64,000 nucleotides of DNA from Raillietiella orientalis. Taxonomy: Eukaryota. The stretch is taken from contig JAYWIR010000079.1 in the NCBI GenBank assembly GCA_036172245.1, positions 124,001 through 188,000 on the forward strand, given 5' to 3'. The position numbers were made by a program, and so were the translations under genes. Of the stretch, positions 14,290 through 24,511 are shown in pieces (the stretch's first letter is position 1; each line of letters opens with the position of its first letter). The notes under the pieces were generated by a model. It was given only the letters and a program-made list of their open reading frames with translations. It had not been told where the DNA came from and ran no database searches.

Positions 14290-15410
14290 CTAGAGTGTTC
14301 CTCACTCTGGAAGACCTCTCGAAAGTATTCAGCTACCACCGGAGCACAAAAGTTTTCCACGAGGAGTAAACGAAAGCACAGGTGAAATCTCCTGTAGCAG
14401 GAGGTTGCCCTGAAGCACTCTTTGCCTTCCTTCCCCTTCGGCTTTCGTTCTGACTTGCACATTTCCCTTTTGGCTATCGGCAAGCTTTCCTATCTGCAAC
14501 GCGGCGTGAATGTGATCTACAGGAAATTCGTCCTGGAGGAACACCAGCCACGAGTGACGAAATGTCTGGGGAAAATTCCCAAGGATAACGTAGAGGAGCT
14601 TCCGTTTTCTTTGCAGCCCAAGAGGTGCGCCAAGCAATTAGAGGTGAGCTCGTGGTTCCGGTTCCTGCTTCGTGCGATGGGAAAAATTCAACGAGAGAGA
14701 GGAAAGGAATATCCATTCCAGGGTTCCATTTTGGAGTGGACCTCTACTCTTCAGCAAACTTGCAGCGATTTGCTCTTCGTGGCTGCACGTAATTTCTGCT
14801 GCAGCTTCGGAAGCAGCCTCAGAAAATCTTGTAAGATTTTCGAATCGCCTCTGAAGACTACTTTTGTGGTCATCCCAGGAAACGTCAGGATTGAGTCTGT
14901 AGGATCTAGTTTCCTCCTCCGAGGAGGAACTTGGGAGGCGATGGTCCCTGTGGAATGCTCTGGGATCCCACCTCGGTATGAGGGGGAGTCGAGGAAAAAA
15001 AAGTCTCGTTCTGAAACATCCAGAGCCTGTCGGTACTCTTCCAGTTTGCTTCAGGAATGAACACGCCCGCATGCTGACCATCATTTTTCCCGTAATCAGG
15101 TGCCACACCTCCAAGGAGAGAATTCCCAAGGAATGCGAGGACGGAGCGGAATGACTGGAGGTGCATTGTGAGGATTGCCTCAAGGGCATCCTCTACTGCC
15201 TCGAGGATTCTCCCCCCCCTCCCCCATGAGGCCTGCTGCGAAAGATTTTTCACCTCCTCGGGCTTACCGACTGCCTCATTCCCGGACACCTTCAGCAACC
15301 TGCGCTCAACATCGACGGTGAGAATGAAACAGGAGCCCCGCCATCGCACCAAGAACTCTTTTTGCTTTCGCTCCCCATGTGAAGTTCCTGATGTTTTTTT
15401 AAAAGGCCAG
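14290..15410 (-). mobile_element. Decayed L1/Tx1-type ORF2: APE endonuclease C-terminal half and linker
   Basis: GSCFILTVDV (APE strand), RTRLFF...FHRDHRL (SRLDY...SDH-like), YRLNPDVSWDDHK, QEISPVLSFTPRGK, APVVAEYFREVF. Confidence 0.6.
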
Positions 15411-15449
15411 TAGCGACCTCACGGGGAGATCGTTACCATCGTATCACTC

Positions 15450-15790
15450 AGTTATGCAAGAGCACTTAGTATATAAAGTGATAAAAATACATTTGTGTAC
15501 AATGATCCTGCCTCATATCGGTACGCAGACCAGCTGGGTCCGCTTCAGCAGCGTGAGGGAAGGGAAAACAAAAACAAGGAAGAGGAAATTATACACGGGG
15601 AAGGGGGAGGGGACCGAGCACGAGGACGGAATCACAGTACGCTAACACGGGTGTGTGTGGATACAAACTATGCAAGGTGTGGAAAGCGGGAATCCTTCCC
15701 ACACCTCCTAGTGGACTGTGTTGCCCTCTGGCCCCTTTGGAGACGCTTTGCTGCGACCCTTCGAACCTCTGGCGGCAACACCAGGGACGT
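15450..15790. mobile_element. LINE 3'UTR fragment (minus, ~15450-15630) joined to an inverted zf-RVT fragment (plus, ~15640-15790)
   Basis: Plus strand reads ARCGKRESFPHLLVDCVALWPLWRRF (zf-RVT CCHC-type). The minus part contains ggtctgcgtacc, shared with the family 3'UTR at ~38897 and ~17720. Confidence 0.55.
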
Positions 15791-16129
15791 TCGAAGGATA
15801 ACAGCAATGAAAATCCTCTTCAATTGGTTGTACGCTCTGCTTTCGTGTATCTATTTTAGCTGAATCTCTGATGGTTTTGTGGTAGTTTCCTATTGACTGA
15901 TATCTCTTCTGTGCTCAAGAAATACTCATTGATTATTGTTTTATAAAAAAGTATTTTTAGTTCAATCAAAATTCGGTTTACAGTTATTTATGGTGATAGT
16001 TCAGTTAATGCATAAAGTAGAAATTGTTAGTTAAGAATTGAGAATTTCTGAATATTGTGTGAATGAAGTTCCTTGCATAATGAAAATTGAAAAACTTGGA
16101 ATGGTACTGCATCCAGATGACTGAATCAA

Positions 16130-16642
16130 GTGCAAAAGTCTTGACCATGTTAAGGAATGCTTGCCCTGTAAATCTCATTGGTAAGTTGCAGGGTCTCTTC
16201 CTGCGCGACGCCCTCACATCGGCCGCATTCCTAGCAGCACTTTGCTGCCTACGCGGTAGGATCGGGGTTGCATGGAGCAACGCCAGAGGAGACCAGAACG
16301 ACAGGGACGCCATCTATTTTGCTGTCCTCTTCATGAGGACAGTGTCAAGATGGTCCCATCAGGGAGTCTTGAAACAGAAACGTGCCGGCATCCTTACAAG
16401 GATGCAGAGGACACTCTCCAGTACACAGACCTCCCCTTTTTTTTGACTGCATGTTTTTTGTTTTATTTTTTTCTTTTTGTTTGTTTCCCCTTCCTCTGTG
16501 CTACCGAGGCGAACTCCTCTAGCCTGCGTACCAGTTCCCGGGAGGTTCCTTCTCGTAGTTATAAGTAAGGTGGCAGGATCGAACGTCCTGCCACATACAT
16601 GTATGTTTACTTTGTAAATAAATGCCCTGGCGTGACCAGGTG
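16130..16642 (+). mobile_element. L1/Tx1-type LINE 3' fragment (ORF2 C-terminus, 3'UTR, terminal stem-loop)
   Basis: ORF2 end ...AGILTRMQRTL is homologous to the copies at ~38750 and ~19900; T-rich 3'UTR; ends AATAAA-TGC-CCTGG-CGTGA-CCAGG-TG. Confidence 0.7.
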
Positions 16643-16659
16643 TCAGCCAGTACGCTGCG

Positions 16660-17600
16660 AGGCGTCCTCTACATCCTGTCCAGGATGCCGGCAAGTTCCG
16701 TCCGTATACCTCCCAGGTGGGGTCATCTCGAAGCGGTCTTCAAGAAGATCCGCCCCCACTGGATGGAAACCCTGACATTTCATCCTCCTCATCAGGCTAT
16801 CAAGGCCGCCGTGATCCCGCCAACGGGACAGAGGTGAGCTGCGAGGAACGCGGCTGGAGGCAGGGCTGCACGCACGAAGAGGCGTCTGAAAATGTCCCTG
16901 GGGCCACCTACCGGGATTCTAAGGGTCGTCGCTAGGAGATCCCAAAGAATGAGATGACAGTACAGTCTAGAAGGAGACGAGAGAGGGTCGCCTTCTCTCG
17001 CAACTGTCACGGTGTCCACCCTTCCCTCCGTGTCTAACAGTAAAGGTGCGCTTTGCATGGGATTTCCCAATGCAAGACCACCAGTGTCAACTCCTGCCAG
17101 CTGAGAGGAGAGTGCTGTTGTTCCAGCACGACGGGGGCCACTTCAGCTCCTCTGGAGGAATTCTAAGAAGCTCTCTCCAGAGTACGAGTCTTGTGGGTGT
17201 GACACTCGGGGTCGCAGCGTCTGTCACCTTCCAAGTTCCCACACAGTTTCTTCTTTGCTGCTATGCAGCATGTCTCTTCTCACCTTGCCGGGATTATGCT
17301 GTCCCTTGCGTCCCTTAGGGAGGGCATCTCAGATGATGAAAAGCCTTTTGTTTTCCCTGCTTTCCTTCTAGCTTTTTTTTGTTTTCGGGTTTTCTTTTTC
17401 GTGGTTCGCGAAGTGCTGAATAATAGAACCACGAAGCTCTTTGACATGATTCCTCGCCACTCGAGGGTGCGTACTCTTCAAGTTAGTAGGTCCCGGGAGA
17501 GGATCACCCCATGAATCCAGGAAGGGCTCCGAAGAAGGGATTTTGTCCCTCCCACGCTTGGGAGGAAACATTGAAGGGAAACCTCGCCCTGGTTGTCTCT
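16660..17600 (-). mobile_element. Truncated bipartite LINE copy (5'-region piece ~17340-17600 fused to zf-RVT/C-terminal piece ~16660-17330)
   Basis: 17340-17600 matches the 5' region at 18890-19100, 36960-37200 and 49170-49340. 16660-17250 is a near-identical inverted copy of ~38170-38755. Confidence 0.7.
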
Positions 17601-17602
17601 GA

Positions 17603-19620
17603 TTTCCACCTGGACACTTCGGAGTGTTCATTAAAATTTCAAATAAACTCACAAACCGTGGTGGAACACGTGGTCCTGCCATACTCAGTTTGTCCAATGA
17701 ACTGCCAGCTCCGCCGGTACACAGACCGGCAAGGCTCACCTCGACAACGAAGGATGGGTGGAAACAAAAAGGAAAAATAAACATAAAGAGTAAATAAAAA
17801 TATGTGGGAGGGTCGGGAAGGGATCCAAGTGTACTGGAAGGAGTGCACATCCTTTCCAGGATGCCTTTCTAGGTCAGTGCGAATAGGTCCCAGGTGGGGC
17901 CATCTGGCCGCCATCCGCAGAAAGCGAACTGCGAACTGGACGGCTTCTCACTCGTTTCTTCCTCTGTCGGCTGCACTCCAGACCTTCACAATCTCGCAGA
18001 TGTAGCAAAGCGCTGCTAAGGCTGCGGCTAGCTGCAGGTATCCCGTACAAAGAGGAGCCGTGAAACGTCCCTGGGAGTGCCAACCGGGATCCGGAGAGTC
18101 ATTCCTAAACGTTCCCATGGGAGACAGAGGAAACACAATCCACAAGCAGGTGCGGGAGGGATCCCGGTTCCCTAAACCAGGGACAGTCCGGATTCACTCA
18201 CTTCCATCGGTTCCAGTGATGTCGGCTGGCGTTGCACGGGAGGCTCCAGTGCAACAGCAAAAGTGCCGACTCCTGCTACTTCAGAGGGAGGGTGCTGCTG
18301 TTCATGAACGCTGGGGTCAACTCCAGGTCTTCACTAAGAATACCCAGCAGCGTCCCCCTCAGGAAGGGCATCGTTGCCGCGAGGGGAGTCCACTTCTTCC
18401 CCGCGCGGATGCTGGGATTTTTCGAGAGAGCGCTGAGCAGTGGGCTCAGATGCCGACTCGCACGCAGTTCCATTCTTCTGAGCTCGGCTCTTCATCTTGG
18501 CCCACGTGCCAACTGCTCCTTCTAGCTTGGTGCCAGAGTTGACGGGGAAAGAGGTCATCCAGCCACTCTCCTTTGCCAAGGTGGCCATGCGTCCAAGGAG
18601 GAGACAGCATCGTCTCACCTTTCATCTGGAGCACAAAAGGTAGGGGGCAAGTTTTTTCGTACGAGATACATGGCTGGCGAGGAGGCGCACAGGAAGGCGC
18701 TGGGGGGGGGGGGGTGCTCCAGTACTTCGCTGCGATGGCCATCGTTCGCATCGCAGCTGGATTGCCATCTGCTTCAGAGTCAGGAGGCCGAGGCCGCCGT
18801 CTCAACGCGGGGCACATGAGTCCTTCAGCTGCACTCGGGACCTGCCATTGCCCCACGAGGTGATTCGCAGAAGGTCCGTCGTCCGTTTTCTTTATTTGTT
18901 TGGCTCGCAAAGTGCTGAGGAACCGTTCGCCCCATTCGACTCACAAAGCCCACAAAGCTCTTTAAACAATGTTCATGACGCCTGAGGGTGCGTGTAACTT
19001 CAGTTAGAAGGTAACCAGGGAAGGATCACCTATGAATCCAGGAAGGCTCCAAAGGAATGAGTCTGTTCCTCTTACGCTAAAGAGAGTCCGAAGGGAACAT
19101 CTTCCTTATTCTCTCCGGAGGGATCCCAAAGAGCCCCCTCTTTGGGAGCCCCCTGCTCCATTGTTTCCTCTCTAAAGGGAATCCGGAAAGGATTCGCTCC
19201 TGGAATTTCTTCTTCGGAGGAAACCCACAAGGGAATCGCTCCTTGTTGGTGCTCCTCTGAAGAGAACACCGAGGGGACGCTCCCAAGACTCTGAAGAGTC
19301 TCTCCCGAAGGGAACAGCATACCTCTTTACACTCAGGAGAGGTATCAGCCAACCAGTCCATGGTTCGAGATGGAAGACTCGCCTCCGGGGTAGAGGGAGG
19401 GGGGGAAACGGATTTATTTGCACAACCGGAAGGAAGTTCTGGAAGAAACCTACTCCTTGATTCCTGGAAGGACCCCGGAGGGCCAACTTCTAATACCGGA
19501 CACTCATCGGAAACATCTGGTTTCTGGTTTCCACCGGTGTCTCATTCGAATACAAGCCAGCTAGCGCCATCTTGAGGGGGAGACTCGAACCCACGACGCA
19601 CCCGTTACCCTGGTATCGAT
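17603..19620 (-). mobile_element. Internally deleted non-autonomous L1/Tx1-type element (~2 kb)
   Basis: B-box-like GGGTTCGAGTCTC and CAAGATGGCG head, ~700 bp 5' region, then directly WGNGRSRVQLK..CAPR*DGGLGLL (post-RT), a zf-RVT-like region, 3'UTR and a degenerate terminal motif at 17603-17632. Confidence 0.7.
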
Positions 19621-19627
19621 TTTTCAT

Positions 19628-21050
19628 TTTCACCCGGTCATGCCCGGGCATTTATTTTGAAAAAAAAATATTCACAAAAGAAGCAGTCACATGAAATACA
19701 AAAATGTCTTCCTTCGTAGTGGCTTCACATCACTGCTTCGAAGGGAAACGCCTCGGAGGCTCTGCTTCTCGTGAGCAGCTCCCCCGATAAGATCCGCACA
19801 GGAGAAGAAGGGATAAACAAAAACAAAAGAAAAAAGGCGAAAGAGTTGGTATGGGAGAGTGGAGAAAAAGGAAGGGATCACGGACTGCTTCATGGTGTCC
19901 TCAGCATTCTCCGGAAGATGTTGGTAGCTTCCTCCTTATGTTGGCAGAGACGCAGCCATCTTGTCGCCTTCCTCACGAAGGAGCAGACGATTGCGATGAC
20001 CTCACCGTTCGACTGGTCTCTTTCGGCACGGCTTCTCGCCTCCGCGATCCCACGAAGGCAGTACGGAGCTGCAAGGGAGGAAGCTGCAGGCGACATCGAG
20101 TTGTGCGTGAAGAAGCACCGCAGGACCTCTCTACCGTTGTCCATCGGGAGTGGGAGGGCTGCAGCGAAGCATCCATAGACATTCAGAAGGGCAACACGAT
20201 CCAACAACAGGTGCGGGAAGGTTTCCTGTTCCCCGCACCTGACACAGTCTGGGGCTGCATTCACCCTTGTGCAGTGGTGGACTCGCGCTCTTCAAGGGAT
20301 CTCCTAATGCGACAACTGCAATGCCAATTGCAATGCCTGTCCTGTCCAGACTTCAGGGGGAGTGTGGAGCTGTCCACAAACATTGGGGGTATTTCTGCCT
20401 CTTCAGAATTAATGTCCGGGAGTTCCGCCCAGCAAAGAATTCCTTTGGGGAGGGCGGCGGGGTGCATGCGTTACCCAGTTGACGCGCCATCCAGCATCCC
20501 AGCGATTTCTTTCAGGTCGATTCTTCACAGATATTGGAACCCGCAATGGTTGGTACCACACGCGGAGACCGTAGCCGCACGGCACCCACGGAACTTCCCG
20601 ATGAGGGTATCCAAACCGGAGAAAGGGGCTCCCACGCGATAAGCTTGCGACACGCCATCGCCTTGGAGTCATCCCTCGCCCTTTCCTCCGCATTTCCCTA
20701 CGATGTAGGTCATCTATCTTCACATGAAGGCGGAAGGTTTTCTTGAAACTGTGTTAGACATGGATCAGAGGAATCATCTCTGAACGTCCTAATGGATTCC
20801 TACGCACATATTGCCGTGCGGGAGTGATGGAACAGGTAGCAAGAGCTTTTCCCTTCCGGAAGGCACGCTTGCCGTTTCTTCGTCCGAGATGAACGCCGCC
20901 CTTCCATCGTAGTCCCGATCTTCAGCTACGCTGGAGGCGGTCTGAAGCCATCCTCTCGGTCATCTTCATGCCACAGAGAGAGTAAAGGTAGCCTCAAATG
21001 ACTCCAGCAACGAGACAGGACATTGCCCTCAACCTTGAAGGACTAAGCTC
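19628..21050 (-). mobile_element. 5'-truncated L1/Tx1-type LINE (ORF2 C-terminus and 3'UTR)
   Basis: PDCVRCGEQETFPHLLLD (zf-RVT) in ORF 19890-20264; terminal AATAAA-TG-CCCGG-GCATGA-CCGGG-TGAAAA. The 5' limit is approximate. Confidence 0.7.
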
Positions 21051-21199
21051 CAGAAAATTCAAACCTTCACCCCATTATTTATTTATTTTTGCCTATTTAT
21101 TGCTTGTTTTTTGTCTGCACCCTAGATATTTTCCCCCGAACCTTACTGAAAGTCGGACAGAAAAACCCTCTGGAGGATTCAGGTAGGAACTCAGCTCAC

Positions 21200-22400
21200 A
21201 GCCTGCCCATTTGTTCATTTGATGCAGATAAACTCTCTTCATCTGGGACCATCTAGTCGGGCAAACGGGCCCCTCGGAACTCATCAGCATCGAAAGTCGG
21301 TCCATGCCTTCTCTCATTTATCTATTTGGGTCCACCCTCTCCACCTTCCACTCCCTACCAAGCACAATCCTCTACGAGGAACGATCCTCATCGGACTCGT
21401 GCTCCGATCATCTTCCCATCAGATATGGGGAGGGAGAAAATGGTTCTCTCAAACAGGTGAGCATCTGTAATTTCGAATCCCGGACGTCAACGTGAAGATC
21501 CCAGGGATCGTATGCCATGAAAAGGTCCATCGCAGATCCCAATATAATTTCTTTTTGCCTCCATTCTATGCGACGAAAGTGAATGATGAAATTCCAAGCC
21601 ATCAGGAAGACATCACGAAGAGGTTGAGGCAGATTTTTTTTTTTTTTTTGAGAAGAGTCACTTCAAAATGATCAGAAACGATTTCAAGAGACTTGGAAGT
21701 TCCAAATCTCAGCAGAAACTCCTAGAAGAATACCCAAAAATCAGCCAAACGGAAGGTGGTCAGTTAAATTCTGAATTGCGGTATTTATTAAATAGACCAA
21801 ATGGGACAAGGAAGTAAGGAAGGGTTTTGGAAGCTCCTTGGTACTCTAAGCTGGAAGCAGGAAATTTCTTACTCCTAAACGACTATTCTTCTCTGGAGAC
21901 TCTCTCGTGGGTGAGAGCTCTTGTGTGAGAACTTTTCCGTCCGTTCGATTCCCTAATATTCTTCCATTTCGAGGACGAGACAAAGCTCCTCCCTCCAAGA
22001 GGGAGTTCAGTGATAGAATTCCTTTTCCATGAACTTGCTTGGCTGATCCAAAATAACCGCCGATTAAGCCACAGTGGCGGTCATGGCAGCAAAGAAACTT
22101 TTGCCGAGGGAGTTGAGAGAGTCCGTTGGCATATTCCAAGAAAAGCACTGCATCTCGAAAACATGCTCTTTTAGGACCAAGGAAAACAAAGCTTAATGCG
22201 CTTAACAGCTGTAAGGCTTCGTTCCCAGCTTCCCTTGGACAAAACAGACAGATCAGCATCTGCAACATCTTCCAGAAAATATCTCTAAATGTAACGAGGA
22301 AGCAGGATTCACCTTCTGTTTCCTAAAGAGCCTTCTCTTTAGGAAACAAGAAGAGGAAAGCTGGATGTTTCTGACGTGTCAGAGGCTTAACCAAGATTGC
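21200..22400 (+). mobile_element. Decayed LINE ORF2 fragment (APE end to RT start)
   Basis: SDHLPI (APE C-terminal motif) at ~21405; SVIEFLF...IQNNRRLS (NWRPIS-like) at ~22010-22070. Confidence 0.45.
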
Positions 22401-24511
22401 GAGTGTGGTCTACAGGCGTAGAGTGCTGTGTATTCCATAGCATGCAACCCTTAGAAAGCCTTACAGCTGTAGAGAAAGTGTAGAGAAGAGGTTGTAATGA
22501 ATCAGCAAATGCCTTTCACCGTAACTCACAAGGAATTCAGAAAATAAAAACATAAAGAGGACGAGGAATTTCTCTTATTCATCTACATGAATTTTCGATG
22601 CCATTTCAAACTTTCTATTAAGGACGTTGCTCAATGTTTGCAGGTCATGCATTAGATTACCTTGTTTCCATGGAAACAAGGCTTTATAAGATAGTTTTGG
22701 AATTAGGGTTCGACAGTCATTCAGTAATCACCTTCAGAGTTCTGTCAATAACAAACCATGCCAAGCAAGAAATCTGAATCACCTAAAGCTGAATTCAAAT
22801 GATACTACAGAGCTTATCGAAATTTCTTTGAATCCTCCCATTAAACATCTTCAGACTTCCATTTCATTAGATAAATACATGGTTGTTTATATGGCATCTA
22901 AACGGAAGGATTTCATAGCACGTTGAATATCCAGCCTCCATCTTTACGAAGTCGAGTGTATTATACTGCATCAGTTTTCTCCTTTCTCCTTACTAAAGGG
23001 ATCAAGAACCTCGGCTATTAAAAGAAAACGCTTGAATAAAAAGAGAATGACAAAAAAATGCTCTTCCTTCATTGCATTTTCCAGTATAATAATAATACGC
23101 TTGTTGGCACCACTGCAATACCATTATGCAGGAAAACGCTGATCTGAAAAGTCAAGAGAAAGAGTAGTGTAAGCCAAAAGCTCATCATCCTGCTTCAGCG
23201 TTACATTTAGAGGAATTTCTTGCTCTAATTAGGAGCTGAGCGTCAAGGAGGGACCCTTTCTAAGGCGGGATGTATGTGCACCCCTTTTTTGAATAACGAC
23301 GAAAAAGTATACATCAAAAGAGAGCTGAACTCTTTTTCGTTGATCATAATTCGTTTCAGTTAATAATCCGAGTTATAAGTACTTAGGACAGTACTTGTTA
23401 AAATCACGTAATTAAATATCAACCTAGTGGCTTAAATAATGCAGATTCGGGTGGTTTTAGGTGAAGATCAAATCCAAATTGTCGGTCTCAAATCAGTGAG
23501 TGTTATACAAAATTTTTGATTCTCAGAGAAATTCAGAATCATTGTATAAAGGTGATTTTTTTTTTTTTGACATCTTTCCAGCAAGCTGTCTATCTGTTCC
23601 GACACTTGAAAACTTTGTACAAAAACACGGATGCTTACAGACACTACGCAAGTTTTTATTTGAATTAGAATAAATCTGCATATCTTCTTTCTCGCGAATT
23701 TTCTACTTCATTTTGTTAGGACGGAACGGTATTTATTAGTAATACCCTTCCTAGCACTACCTTTCTATTTAGCTGGAGCACAGCCCCTGGAGATTTTCTG
23801 ACCCAACTCATAATTTACGAATCAGAAATGGTGCTAATTATGGTGGTTATCCATCACACTTCTATCATTTTTTTTTTTTTATTTGTCTAGACGGGTTGAA
23901 CTATCCTGAGGGCAATTTCCAATCAATCAGCAATTATTAAAGATTCTGTGCCTCGACGCTGCAATTTGTGGCTGGCAAAGTCTTAAGCTTAAGAAGCTGT
24001 AAGCACCGGATGGAATAATTGCGGGAAGAGTCAGGAATTCGCATGACCTCAGCGGGCAAATGCAGTAATCACAGGCTGCACACGTGCTGGAGCTGCAGAA
24101 TGCCGAAAACATCATTTTGGAATTTCCTTCCTGGAACTTCGAACTTCCATCTACCTGGTTAAAGCAAAAACGGATATTTCGGCATCGAATTTTTCACTGC
24201 AGTGGCTTGCTCATTTTTTTTTTTCTTCCCCCCCCTCTTCCAACGACAAAGTTCTGGTCCATTCATTTGACTTTATATATGAAACCGAAATAATATGAGC
24301 TGCAGAAAAACGATTTTCTCAGAATCGTTTCCTTCTACTCCACACTTTGTGATGCTGTGGGATTTGAAAATCCGTGAAATTTTAAAAAACCTCGTTTCAC
24401 AGTGACCCTTCTAAAAAAAAAAAAAAAAAAACTGCTTCAATCTCCTCGTGATGTCTCCCTGATGGCTTGGAATTTCATCATGCACTTTCGTCGCATAGGA
24501 ATGGAAGCAAG
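21555..24511. repeat. ~110 bp inverted repeat pair (21555-21662 and 24401-24511)
   Basis: Direct reverse-complement match (tatgcgacgaaagtgVatgatgaaattccaagccatcagg...poly-T...agaagRgtcact), with about 10 differences. Confidence 0.85.
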
